Positions 43,792-52,996 of a stretch of 62,000 nt of DNA are shown one piece after another (the first letter of the stretch is position 1; each line of letters opens with the position of its first letter). The position numbers and the translations under genes were made by a program. The DNA comes from Hyalangium minutum. Its GTDB lineage: Bacteria > Myxococcota > Myxococcia > Myxococcales > Myxococcaceae. The stretch covers positions 20,001 through 82,000 of the forward strand of contig NZ_JMCB01000008.1 in NCBI RefSeq assembly GCF_000737315.1, given 5' to 3'. Under the pieces are notes generated by a model. The model saw only the letters and a program-made list of their open reading frames with translations. It did not search any database and was not told the origin of the DNA.

Positions 43792-45768
43792 TCATCGCCT
43801 CGAGAGGCGCTCCACCGCATCCGTGAGCGCCCGCCGTGCCAGCGCGTCCTGCTCCACCGCCAACGCCGATCGCACAGCCTCTAGACTGTCGCGTCCTCCC
43901 GAATCTCCCAGCACCCGAGCCGCCGTGGCGCGCACGTCCCAGCCGGGGTGCTGCAACAGCTCCACCGCCAGCGCCACACCCTCGGCCGACACCGCTCCGG
44001 CCTGGAGCGCGGCCTTCACCACCTCCGCGTCCGCGTGGCGCGTGGCCTCTCGGAGCACCTGCGGCCGCACGGAGCCAATGCGCCCCAGCGCGCGCACCGC
44101 CCGTCCCGCCAGCGCACCGTCTGGGTGGCTCACCAGCGCCTCGAGCTCGGGCATCCGGTCAGAGGCGCCACACTCGCCCAGCGCCTCCACGGCGGCGAGC
44201 TGCACGGCGATGTCCTCGTCCTGCAGCGCAGGCTTGAGCAGCGCGCCCGCGGAGGGATCTCCTACCCTCCCCACCGCCCGGGCCCCTGCCGCACGCACCG
44301 GCGCCGCCTCGTCCTGCAGCGCCGAGCGGGCCAGCTCCAGCCCCACCGCGGGATCCACGTCCATCGCGGCTCCCAGGGCCGCCGCGCGCAGCAGCGGATC
44401 CGAGGCCCGCGCCAGCTTGCGGAACGTCGGCAGCGCGGCAGTGCCTCCCGCGTGGGCGTACGCGGCCAGTGCGGCCGGAGAGGGCCGCTTCTCGACCACT
44501 TCCTCCAGCGCCGCGAGCACGGCCTCCCGGCAGCCACCGGAGAGAACCCCCAGCGCCCGGACCGCCGCGCCTGCCAGGGCCGGCTCTTCGAGCAACGCCA
44601 CCAGAGGCGCCACCGCATCCGGCGACTGGGTCCGCCCCAGCGCCTTCACGGCCACGGCGCGAAGATCGTCCTCGGCCCACTCCAGCAGCGCGCTCAGCGC
44701 CGGGACATAGGACGGATCCACCATCTCCAGCATCGCCTGGGCGGCGGCTGCACGCGCGGGCAGGGACAGCTCCGCCATGCGCCCGAGCAGCTCACGCCCC
44801 GCCTCGGAGCCGAGCCGGGACAGCGTGCGAATCACTTCGCGCAGCAGCCGATCTTCCCGTGCCGCCTCCGCCACCGCGATGGCGAGCGAAGGCTCCCGCA
44901 GGGCCCCGGCCGCCACGAGCGCTCCGGCCCGAACAGGCATGTCCTCGTTCTCGAAGGCGCGGGTGACGAACTCCACGGCCTCGGGCACGCGCTTGAGGGC
45001 GGCACGCGTCTGGGCGTCAATCTCCGCGCGCAGGGTGCCGTCCGCCACGCTGGCCTGGCTGCCCAGGGCGCCCAGCGCGGCCTCGCGGATGGAGCGGACC
45101 TCCGAGCCCAGCCCCCGGCTGATGAGCTCCGTGGCGGCCACCTGGGGAATGAGCCCCATGACGCGGTAGGCGCTGCGGCGCAGCAGCGGATCACTCAGCA
45201 GGGGAACCACCACGGGCAGCGGCGGCGGCCACTGAAGCTGCGAGAGCGCCTCCAGCACGGCCAGCCGCAGCAGCGTCTCGGGCTCCTTGAGCAAGCCCTC
45301 CAGGGCGCGCGCCCCGGCATCCGAGCCCAGCCGCCCCAGCGCCTCCACGGCGGAGACGCGGACGTTGAGATCCGAGTCCGCCAGCGCGCCAATCAGCGCG
45401 CTCTCCGACGCGCGCCGCCCCAGCTGCCCGAGGATGTCCGCGGCGAACTTCCGCTGATCGGGATCCTCATGGGTCAGCAGCCGGATGAGCGGCGCCACCG
45501 ACACATCCCCGAGCCCCACGAGGGCCTCGGCGGCGGCGTTGCGAGCCCCCGTCTCACCGCGCTCGCCCAGGACGGCGACGAGCCGCTGAGCCACCTGCGT
45601 GAGGGAGGGCAGCCGCCGCAGGGCCTCGGACGCAGCCCGGCGCACGCGCCAGCTCTCGTCGTGGAGGCCCTGAATGAGCGCATCGAGCGCGGTAGGGCTC
45701 GCGGGGTCCACCGCGAGCACCGCCTGGTAACGCTCCTCCTCGGGCTGGGGAGCGAGCACGTGGGTCAC
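43792..45768 (-). CDS. HEAT-repeat protein embedded in the chemosensory operon
   Basis: Many HEAT/PBS-lyase-type repeats (L.D....VR.AA..ALG). GTG 45768 overlaps the cheW stop. Confidence 0.88.
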   Translation of the reverse strand: MTHVLAPQPEEERYQAVLAVDPASPTALDALIQGLHDESWRVRRAASEALRRLPSLTQVAQRLVAVLGERGETGARNAAAEALVGLGDVSVAPLIRLLTHEDPDQRKFAADILGQLGRRASESALIGALADSDLNVRVSAVEALGRLGSDAGARALEGLLKEPETLLRLAVLEALSQLQWPPPLPVVVPLLSDPLLRRSAYRVMGLIPQVAATELISRGLGSEVRSIREAALGALGSQASVADGTLRAEIDAQTRAALKRVPEAVEFVTRAFENEDMPVRAGALVAAGALREPSLAIAVAEAAREDRLLREVIRTLSRLGSEAGRELLGRMAELSLPARAAAAQAMLEMVDPSYVPALSALLEWAEDDLRAVAVKALGRTQSPDAVAPLVALLEEPALAGAAVRALGVLSGGCREAVLAALEEVVEKRPSPAALAAYAHAGGTAALPTFRKLARASDPLLRAAALGAAMDVDPAVGLELARSALQDEAAPVRAAGARAVGRVGDPSAGALLKPALQDEDIAVQLAAVEALGECGASDRMPELEALVSHPDGALAGRAVRALGRIGSVRPQVLREATRHADAEVVKAALQAGAVSAEGVALAVELLQHPGWDVRATAARVLGDSGGRDSLEAVRSALAVEQDALARRALTDAVERLSRR

Positions 45769-46286
45769 GCCTCGCCTCCCATCCGCTTCGCCTCCCGCTC
45801 CACCTCCGAGCGCAGCAGCACCTTGATGTCCAGCAGCAGCCGCGGGCGCTCCACCGTCCCGCACACGCCCACCACGAACGGCGTACGGCCCGGCGACAGC
45901 AGCGCCGGCGCAGGCTTGATCTCACTGCGGCGCACCCGCATGACCTCCGTGACCCGATCCACCCTGAGCGCCAACCTCCTCCGGCCTACCAGGCATACCA
46001 GCAACCGGGTCTTCTGGGAGGCCGGAGCCTCCACGGTGTTCAACCGCTGGCGCAGATCCACCACCGGCAGCAGGGCCCCGCGCAGGTGCAGCATGCCCTC
46101 GACGAACGAGGGCGCTCGCGGCACGGGGATGACACGCTGAGGTGGGAGGATCTCTTCCACGCGCATGATGTCGACAACGTACTCCTCACGGCCCACGGAG
46201 AAGCAGCACAGCTGCACGAGCGGGTCACGGGGCGCCGAGTCCTCGGGGCGGGGGCGGCGCGTGGTCAGGGTCACCGGCTCTCTCAT
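45765..46286 (-). CDS. cheW: CheW adaptor
   Basis: FSVGREEYVVDIMRVEEI, VPRAPSFVEGMLHLRGALLPVVDLR. ATG 46286 overlaps the upstream stop. Confidence 0.92.
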   Translation of the reverse strand: MREPVTLTTRRPRPEDSAPRDPLVQLCCFSVGREEYVVDIMRVEEILPPQRVIPVPRAPSFVEGMLHLRGALLPVVDLRQRLNTVEAPASQKTRLLVCLVGRRRLALRVDRVTEVMRVRRSEIKPAPALLSPGRTPFVVGVCGTVERPRLLLDIKVLLRSEVEREAKRMGGEA

Positions 46287-46843
46287 GCGAGCGCCTGCTG
46301 AATGTCGAGGAGAATGTAGAGCTGCGAGTTGCGGCGGCCGATGCCCACCACACAGTCGCGCTCGCCGCCGAGCCCCTGCGGGGCCGGCTCCAGCATGGAG
46401 GGCTTGAGGCGGACCACGTCCCGGACCGAGTCCACCCACACACCCGCGGGGCCCTCCTCCGTATGGGCCACGAGGATGCGGGCCTGGCGCGGAGGCGGCG
46501 GCGCATCGGGGCCCGCCACCACGGAGGCCGTGTCGGTCAACCTCAGCCGCATCTTCAAGTCATACACGGGGATGACATCCCCCCGCAGGTTCATCACGCC
46601 CAGCAGCCCGGCCTCCGCTCGAGGAATCTCCGTCAACGGGGGCACCTTGCCGATCTCCCGGATGGAGGTGATGGGGACAGCGTAGCACTCGTCCTCCAGG
46701 ACGAAGGCCAGGTACTCCTCGGGCGTCTCCTCGGGGATGAGGGGCTGAAGCTCGTCGCTGCCCGCAGCGAACTCCAACAGGCCCCCGACGTCCTCGTCCG
46801 GCCGGTAGAAGAAGTCATCGAGCAGTGCGGAGAAGCGCGACAC
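46283..46843 (-). CDS. cheW: CheW adaptor with an acidic N-terminal extension
   Basis: YLAFVLEDECYAVPI, IPRAEAGLLGVMNLRGDVIPVYDL, GVWVDSV. Confidence 0.92.
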   Translation of the reverse strand: MSRFSALLDDFFYRPDEDVGGLLEFAAGSDELQPLIPEETPEEYLAFVLEDECYAVPITSIREIGKVPPLTEIPRAEAGLLGVMNLRGDVIPVYDLKMRLRLTDTASVVAGPDAPPPPRQARILVAHTEEGPAGVWVDSVRDVVRLKPSMLEPAPQGLGGERDCVVGIGRRNSQLYILLDIQQALA

Positions 46844-46879
46844 GGGCAGAGAAGAATAGCAGCCCCGGGGCCCCTTGCG

Positions 46880-49219
46880 TCACGCCCAGCGACGCTCGGG
46901 CCCCATTCCATCTTCAAGCAGTGCCGCGACATCCAGAACGAGCACGGTTCTCCGGTTTCCCAGATCCGTCGCGCCTGAGATGCCTCGCACGGACTGGAGC
47001 CGGCCGCCCAGCGGCTTGGTGACGATGTCCTGCTGGCCGAAGAGCTCGTCCACGGCGATGCCCATGCGCTCCTGCGCCAAGCCCACCACCACCACGAAGT
47101 GGCGGCCGGTGTTGCGCTCGGGGAGCTTGAAGAGACGGGCCAGCCGGGTGAACGGCAGCGTCTGTCCGCGCAAGTCCAGCACCTCGCGCCGCTCCACGGT
47201 GCGGATGTCCTTGGGCTGCACGGAGAGGATCTCCAGCACGCTGTTGAGCGGCACCGCGTAGGTCCGCCCACTCACCCCCACCACCAGGGCGCGGATGATG
47301 GCCAGCGTAAGCGGGAGGGTGAGCTGGAAGGCCGTCCCCCGCCCGCGCTCGCTCCACACGTCGATGAGGCCCGACAGGTTGCTGATGTTGTTCTTCACCA
47401 CGTCCAGGCCCACACCGCGGCCGGACAGCTCGGACACGTTGCGAGCGGTGGAGAAGCCCGGCAGGAAGATGAGGTTGAGCAGCTCCCGCCGGGTCATCTC
47501 GTGGGCCTGGGCCTCGGTGATGAGCCCCTTCTGAATGGCCACCTCGCGGACGCGCAGCTCGTCGATGCCGGAGCCGTCGTCGCTCACCTCGATGACGACG
47601 TGGTTGCCCTTCTGCTCGGCCCTCAGCGACACGGTGGCGCGGCGCGACTTGCCCGCGGCCACCCGGGCCTCCGGGGGCTCCACGCCGTGATCGATGGCGT
47701 TGCGGATGATGTGCATCAGCGGATCGCTCAGCTCCTCGACGATGAGCTTGTCCAGCTCCACCTCACCGCCGCTGCTCAGGAAGTCGATCTCCTTGCCGGC
47801 CTCGCGGGCGATGCGGCGCACCAGCCGGGCCAGCTTGTCGAAGACCTGGCCCACCGGGACCATGCGCGCCTCGAGCAACCCGCCCTGGAGCGCGTCCAGC
47901 TTGCGCTCGAGCTGCCGCGTCTCGCGCGCCAGCTCCGTCACCCAGGCCTTGGAGAGCACCAGCGTGCCCTCCTGCCGCGCCGTCTCCGCCATGCGCTGGA
48001 GGTTGGCCTTGATGAGCAGCAGCTCGCCCACCGTGTTCATCAGCCCGTCCAGGCGGCGGATGTCCACGCGCACCGTCTGAGTCAGCGAGCGCAGCGAGGT
48101 GTCCGGGTCGATCTTCGGCCCCCGGGAGATCGGTTCACCCGTAGCGCCATCGACGACCTCGGTGATGCCCAGGTCGGCCACCGGGGGCGGCGTCATCAAC
48201 GGCGGAGGGAGCTCGTCATCCGGCACCGGGGGCGGAGGCAGCACAGCACCCGCCCCCTTGGCCGGCTTCGCGCCCGAGCGTCCCTTGGCCAGGGCCTTGG
48301 ACTCCTCGGCGGGAGTCGGCGCGGGGGTGACCACCTTCGCCGGAGCAGTGGGAGTCGGCGGCGGAGTCGCAACGCTCTTGGTGGGAAGCGGAGCTTCGGG
48401 GGAGCGGGCCACCACTGTCGTCCGGGGAGGCTCGCGGGGGGCCGGAGGCGCCGAGCGTCCCGGAACCGGGGCACGCACCCCGAGCTGGGAGAGCTGCGCA
48501 GGGGTGCCATCGAGCGCCTCGGACAGCTCGGGGCCGGACACCTTCGAGCCGAAGATGAGATCGAACGCGATGCCACTGGCGCTGCTGGGCTGGGCCGAGG
48601 GCAGCGTGCTGATGATCTCGCCCACGGGCTTGAGGCGGGAGTTCAGCTCGGCCAGGCCCTTGTCGAAGTCGGACAAGTCAAAGTCGGCGCGCACGCGCCA
48701 CAGCGCCACGCCCCGGCGGACGTTCTCCCGCAGCCGGTGCTCCTCGTACTCGGTGAAGACGGCGCGCACCTGGGAGTCCAGGTCCAGGCGGTCGAGCGGA
48801 TCCTCCTCGCCCGGAGCCGAGGGCTCGCCCAGGTGGGAGAAGCGCTCGATGAGCCCCTCCACCCGCGAGGACTGCGAGGACGAGGTCTCCCCGCGCGAAG
48901 CATCCACGAGCAGGGACTGGAGCACGTCCAGGGCCTCGACGAGCGAGTCCAGGGTGGTGTCGTCCAGGACGAGCTTGCCCAGCCGGAGCCGGTCCAGCAG
49001 GTCCTCCATGCCGTGGGCGAGCCGGGCGATGCGGTCCTGGCCGAACAGCCCCGCGAGCCCCTTGAGCGAGTGGGCGGCGCGGAAGATGCCGTTGATGAGA
49101 TCGGGGTCGACCTCCTGCCCCCGGCGCTCGTCGAGCGTGAGCAGGTCCTTGTTGAGCGTGTCGAGGATCTCCGTCGCCTCGGCGACGAACTCGGCCAGCG
49201 CTTTGCCTCCCTGGTTCAC
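46880..49219 (-). CDS. cheA: Chemotaxis histidine kinase
   Basis: HPT domain FRAAHSLKG, Pro-rich linker, dimerization domain VRVDIRRLDGLMN, HIIRNAIDHG, DDGSG, GFST, GRGVGLDVV and a C-terminal CheW domain. No receiver domain. Confidence 0.96.
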   Translation of the reverse strand: MNQGGKALAEFVAEATEILDTLNKDLLTLDERRGQEVDPDLINGIFRAAHSLKGLAGLFGQDRIARLAHGMEDLLDRLRLGKLVLDDTTLDSLVEALDVLQSLLVDASRGETSSSQSSRVEGLIERFSHLGEPSAPGEEDPLDRLDLDSQVRAVFTEYEEHRLRENVRRGVALWRVRADFDLSDFDKGLAELNSRLKPVGEIISTLPSAQPSSASGIAFDLIFGSKVSGPELSEALDGTPAQLSQLGVRAPVPGRSAPPAPREPPRTTVVARSPEAPLPTKSVATPPPTPTAPAKVVTPAPTPAEESKALAKGRSGAKPAKGAGAVLPPPPVPDDELPPPLMTPPPVADLGITEVVDGATGEPISRGPKIDPDTSLRSLTQTVRVDIRRLDGLMNTVGELLLIKANLQRMAETARQEGTLVLSKAWVTELARETRQLERKLDALQGGLLEARMVPVGQVFDKLARLVRRIAREAGKEIDFLSSGGEVELDKLIVEELSDPLMHIIRNAIDHGVEPPEARVAAGKSRRATVSLRAEQKGNHVVIEVSDDGSGIDELRVREVAIQKGLITEAQAHEMTRRELLNLIFLPGFSTARNVSELSGRGVGLDVVKNNISNLSGLIDVWSERGRGTAFQLTLPLTLAIIRALVVGVSGRTYAVPLNSVLEILSVQPKDIRTVERREVLDLRGQTLPFTRLARLFKLPERNTGRHFVVVVGLAQERMGIAVDELFGQQDIVTKPLGGRLQSVRGISGATDLGNRRTVLVLDVAALLEDGMGPERRWA

Positions 49220-49238
49220 GGCGGCGGGGCTCTCCGGC

Positions 49239-49613
49239 TCAGGCCAGCTTCAGGTAGCGCCGCAGCAGCGCGGTCAGATCATCCGGCTTGAACGGCTTGA
49301 CCAGGTACTCGGCGGCCCCGAGCGCCATGCCGCGATCCCGATCCTGCTCACGCCCCTCGGTGGTGATGATGAACAGGGGGGTGTCGCGGTAGTTCGGGTT
49401 CTTCTTGACGAAGTTGATCAGCTCCAGCCCGTTGATGTCGGGCATGTTGATGTCGGTGATGATCAGATCGAAGCGGTGACGCGGCAGCAGCTTGAGGGCC
49501 TCGAAGCCGCTGGCGGTGGTGAAGGCCTCGACTCCGGAGACGGACTCTACCGTGGCGGCGATGAACTCGCGCGACGCCTTGGAGTCCTCCACGATCAAGA
49601 CCTTGAGTCCCAT
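49239..49613 (-). CDS. cheY: CheY-like single-domain response regulator
   Basis: IVEDS, LIITDINMP, ITTE and VKPF. Confidence 0.9.
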   Translation of the reverse strand: MGLKVLIVEDSKASREFIAATVESVSGVEAFTTASGFEALKLLPRHRFDLIITDINMPDINGLELINFVKKNPNYRDTPLFIITTEGREQDRDRGMALGAAEYLVKPFKPDDLTALLRRYLKLA

Positions 49614-49673
49614 GTGGCCGGAAATGTTAGCAGAACCTCGACAGTGAGGTGATTCTTTGGCCGGACCTACCCG

Positions 49674-50162
49674 TCAGGACTTCTTCACGGGAAGGAGCTT
49701 CGCCAGAGACTTATCGGCCAGCACGGTAACGCGCTTCCCCTTGAAGCCCGGGAGGAAGTGCTGCTGGAGGGCCTCGGCCTGGGCGGCCTCGTCCACCTTG
49801 CCCCCGAAGGGAAGCTCCAGGGCCACGGACTCGACATTTGCCTTGGCGAGCACCTGGGCTGCATTGGCCAGGACCCGGCGCAGGGTGGCGGTGTCCAGGT
49901 TCTTCCGGGTGCCCAGGCCCACCGCGAAGATGCGGCCCATGGGCATCCGCCCGTCCGTGGGCAGCAGGAGCCAGTCTTCCTTCACGCCAGTGAAGAAGCC
50001 GCCCTTGAGCACCCGGGACAGGGAGCCGCACAGCCGCCAATCCACGTAGCCGGCGGTGCCGGGCAGGGGCCGGTCATCCTCGGCCACGAAGAGGCAGAGG
50101 GCGTCCACCCCGGTCAGGGCATCCAGGCCTTCGAGGCCGATCTCGTAGGTGGAGACGCTCAC
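49674..50162 (-). CDS. Stand-alone leucyl aminopeptidase (M17) N-terminal-like domain protein
   Basis: VDWRLCGSLSRVL..GFFTG...WLLLP......RIFAVGLG matches the M17 N-terminal domain. Only 162 aa, with no catalytic domain. GTG overlaps the nusB stop. Confidence 0.72.
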   Translation of the reverse strand: MSVSTYEIGLEGLDALTGVDALCLFVAEDDRPLPGTAGYVDWRLCGSLSRVLKGGFFTGVKEDWLLLPTDGRMPMGRIFAVGLGTRKNLDTATLRRVLANAAQVLAKANVESVALELPFGGKVDEAAQAEALQQHFLPGFKGKRVTVLADKSLAKLLPVKKS

Positions 50163-50584
50163 GGCTTTCCGAGGGACACCGCGACGCGGTCGAGCAGGCC
50201 GTTGACGAAGGCGCTGGACTCCTCCGTGCCGAAGTTCTTGCCCAGCTCCACGGCCTCGTTGATGGAGACCTTCTTGGGAATGTCCGGGCGGTACTTCAGC
50301 TCGAAGACGCCCAGGCGCAGCACGTTCCGGTCGATGCGGGACATGCGGTCCAGCCGCCAGTTGTGGCTGTGCTTCTCGATGAGCTCGTCAATCTCCTTCT
50401 GGTTCGCCCGGACGCCCTCGACGAGCTCCTGGGCGAACTTGACGGCGTCGGGGTCCGGCTTGCCCTCCTCGGTGGAGGCGGACCACGCGGACGCGAGCGC
50501 CTCGTAGGAGGAGAGGTTGTCGGCCATGTCCAACTGGTAGAGCGCCTGCAGCGCGCGCTCGCGGCCGGTTCTGCGAGCCCCCAT
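50159..50584 (-). CDS. nusB: Transcription antitermination factor NusB
   Basis: RRTGRERALQALYQ, IDRNVLRLG, SINEAVELGKNFG and FVNGLLD motifs. Follows ribH. Confidence 0.97.
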   Translation of the reverse strand: MGARRTGRERALQALYQLDMADNLSSYEALASAWSASTEEGKPDPDAVKFAQELVEGVRANQKEIDELIEKHSHNWRLDRMSRIDRNVLRLGVFELKYRPDIPKKVSINEAVELGKNFGTEESSAFVNGLLDRVAVSLGKP

Positions 50585-50587
50585 GAG

Positions 50588-51085
50588 CTAGCCCCTCTTT
50601 CCTTCCGCCATCTTCGCGTAGAGGTTCACCATCTCCAGGCAGGCCATGGCGGCCTCGGCGCCCTTGTTGCCCGCCTTCACGCCAGCCCGATCGATGGCCT
50701 GCTCCACTGTGTCCGTCGTCAGCACGCCGAAGGTGACGGAGACCGGCTTCTGCAGGGCCGCGCCGGAGAAGGCCACCGAGCCGATACCCTTGGAGCACTC
50801 GCCCGCCACATAGTCGAAGTGGGGGGTGCCGCCGCGGATGACGGCGCCCAGGGTGACGACGCCCACGTAGCTCTGAGTCTCCGTAACACGGCGCGTCAAA
50901 CCGGGCAGCTCATAGGTACCGGGGCAGCGGTAGACGTCGATGTCCGAGTCCGCCACGCCATGGCGCACGAGCGAGTCCACGGCGCCCTTCACCAGCTCCT
51001 CGGTGATGAACGCGTTGAAGCGGGCCACGCAGATGGCAAAGCGGCCCTTGGGAGGCAGGAAATCACCTTCGATGTAGCGAGGCAT
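50588..51085 (-). CDS. ribH: 6,7-dimethyl-8-ribityllumazine synthase
   Basis: VARFNAFIT, PGTYELP, GAVIRGGTPHFDYV and FGVLT...EQAIDRAG.K.GNKG motifs. Confidence 0.97.
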   Translation of the reverse strand: MPRYIEGDFLPPKGRFAICVARFNAFITEELVKGAVDSLVRHGVADSDIDVYRCPGTYELPGLTRRVTETQSYVGVVTLGAVIRGGTPHFDYVAGECSKGIGSVAFSGAALQKPVSVTFGVLTTDTVEQAIDRAGVKAGNKGAEAAMACLEMVNLYAKMAEGKRG

Positions 51086-51120
51086 GGAGTGCTTCCTACA
51101 CCAGCGCCGGGCTCACGTCT

Positions 51121-52311
51121 TCACGACTTGTCACGGCGGAGGCGGGGTGTCCGGGCGGCCACCTTCTGCGAGGCCTGGCTGTTGGACAGGGGGATCTGCT
51201 CCACCACCGCCAGGGAGTAGCTCTCCAGACCCACGATCTTCTTGGGGTTGTTGGTGAGCAGACGCAGCCGGGCGAGGCCGAGATCCTTGAGGATCTGCGC
51301 CCCGACGCCGAACTCGCGCAGGCGGGTCTGGTCCGGCTTGCCCTTCACCACTTCCTCATTGGAGATGTGGGTGCACTGGAGCCGGGCCTTCGCCGGGACA
51401 TCCTTCTGAAGGTAGATGATGACGCCGCGGCCTGCGGCCTGGATGTGCTGGATGGCCTGTTCGAGCTGGCTGCCGCACTCGCACTGGCTGCTGCCCAACA
51501 GATCGCCCACCAGACAACCCCGGTGGACGCGGGTGAGCACAGGCTCCTTGCCGCGGATGTCGCCCTTCACCAGGGCCACGTGCACGGCCGAGTCCACGTC
51601 GCTGCCGTAGGTGTAGGCCTGGAAGGTGCCCGCGCCCCGGCGCTCCAGGGTGGAGGAGCCGATGCGCTTCACCAGCCGCTCGCGCTCCAAGCGGTAGCGG
51701 ATGATGTCCGCCACCGAGAGCAGCACCAGCTTGTGCTTCCGGGCGAACTTCACCAGGTCCGGCCTGCGGGCCATGGAGCCGTCGGCGTTCATGATCTCGC
51801 AGATGACGCCGAACGGAGACAGCCCCGCCATGCGCGCGAGGTCCACGCTGCCCTCGGTCTGCCCGGTGCGCACGAGCACGCCGCCATCGCGGGCGCGCAG
51901 GGGGAAGATGTGGCCGGGGCGCACGAGGTCTCCCGGCTTGGCGTTGGGAGCCACGGCGGCCTGGATGGTGCGGGCGCGGTCGGCGGCGGAGATGCCAGTG
52001 GTGACGCCTCGGGCGGCCTCGATGGAGACGGTGAAGGCCGTCTGGAAGGGCGAGGTGTTGTCCTGCACCATCAGCGGCAGGTTCAGCTTGCGGATGCGGT
52101 CCTCGGTGAGGGACAGGCAGATGAGCCCGCGCCCATAGGTGGCCATGAAGTTGATGGCCTCGGGAGTGGCCTTCTCGGCGGCCATGACGAGGTCGCCCTC
52201 GTTCTCGCGGTCCTCGTCATCCGTGAGGATGACCATGCGGCCCTTGCGGATCTCCGCGAGCGCCTTCTCCACCAGCTCGATGACGTTCGACTCCTTCGTC
52301 CCGCGCGCCAT
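51121..52311 (-). CDS. ribB: 3,4-dihydroxy-2-butanone-4-phosphate synthase fused to a degenerate GTP cyclohydrolase II-like domain (RibBX type)
   Basis: The RibB domain is intact ([35 protein letters not shown]). The C-terminal RibA-like domain lacks the QEGRxIGL block. Start at ATG 52311. Confidence 0.9.
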   Translation of the reverse strand: MARGTKESNVIELVEKALAEIRKGRMVILTDDEDRENEGDLVMAAEKATPEAINFMATYGRGLICLSLTEDRIRKLNLPLMVQDNTSPFQTAFTVSIEAARGVTTGISAADRARTIQAAVAPNAKPGDLVRPGHIFPLRARDGGVLVRTGQTEGSVDLARMAGLSPFGVICEIMNADGSMARRPDLVKFARKHKLVLLSVADIIRYRLERERLVKRIGSSTLERRGAGTFQAYTYGSDVDSAVHVALVKGDIRGKEPVLTRVHRGCLVGDLLGSSQCECGSQLEQAIQHIQAAGRGVIIYLQKDVPAKARLQCTHISNEEVVKGKPDQTRLREFGVGAQILKDLGLARLRLLTNNPKKIVGLESYSLAVVEQIPLSNSQASQKVAARTPRLRRDKS

Positions 52312-52322
52312 GCTTGTGCTCC

Positions 52323-52973
52323 CTACCCTTTCGTCCCGAAGCCAGCGGCCTTGAGGGCCGCTTCGGTGAGCCCACTGGTGGGGCTCTGGCGCAGCGAGAA
52401 CAGCCGCGCCACGTACTTGCCGATCATGTCCGCTTCCAGGTTCACGCGCGAGCCCACGCTCTTGCCCTGCAGGGTGGTGCGCGCCTGGGTCTCGGGGATG
52501 AGCTGCACGGTGAAGCGGTCCGCGAGCACCGCGTTGACGGTGAGGCTGATGCCATCCACGGCCACCGAGCCCTTCTCGATGAAGAAGGGCGCCAGCTCGG
52601 TGGGCAGCCGGAAGGCCATGACCCACGAGCCGCCCTCGGGGCGCGTCTCGAGCACCTCGCTCACGGCGTCCACGTGGCCGGAGACCAGGTGCCCGCCCAG
52701 CCGATCTCCCAGCGCCAGCGCGCGCTCCAGGTTCACCTTGGAGCCGGGGCGCAGCGCGTCCATGGTGGTGCGCCGCAGTGTCTCGGGGGCGGCCTGGACC
52801 TTGAAGGTATCCCCACCCCGCTCCACCACCGTGAGGCATGCGCCATCCACGGAGATGGACTCGCCCAGAGCGAAGCTGCCGGCCCCGAGCGCCGTGCGGA
52901 TCCACAGGTCGGTCATCCCACCTGGGACGACACGCTCAACCACACCCACATCCTGAACGAGACCGGTGAACAT
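52323..52973 (-). CDS. ribE: Riboflavin synthase (alpha chain)
   Basis: MFTG N-terminus, [30 protein letters not shown] and [14 protein letters not shown]. Called ribC in E. coli nomenclature. Confidence 0.97.
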   Translation of the reverse strand: MFTGLVQDVGVVERVVPGGMTDLWIRTALGAGSFALGESISVDGACLTVVERGGDTFKVQAAPETLRRTTMDALRPGSKVNLERALALGDRLGGHLVSGHVDAVSEVLETRPEGGSWVMAFRLPTELAPFFIEKGSVAVDGISLTVNAVLADRFTVQLIPETQARTTLQGKSVGSRVNLEADMIGKYVARLFSLRQSPTSGLTEAALKAAGFGTKG

Positions 52974-52996
52974 CGGCGGGGCTTATAACGAATTCT

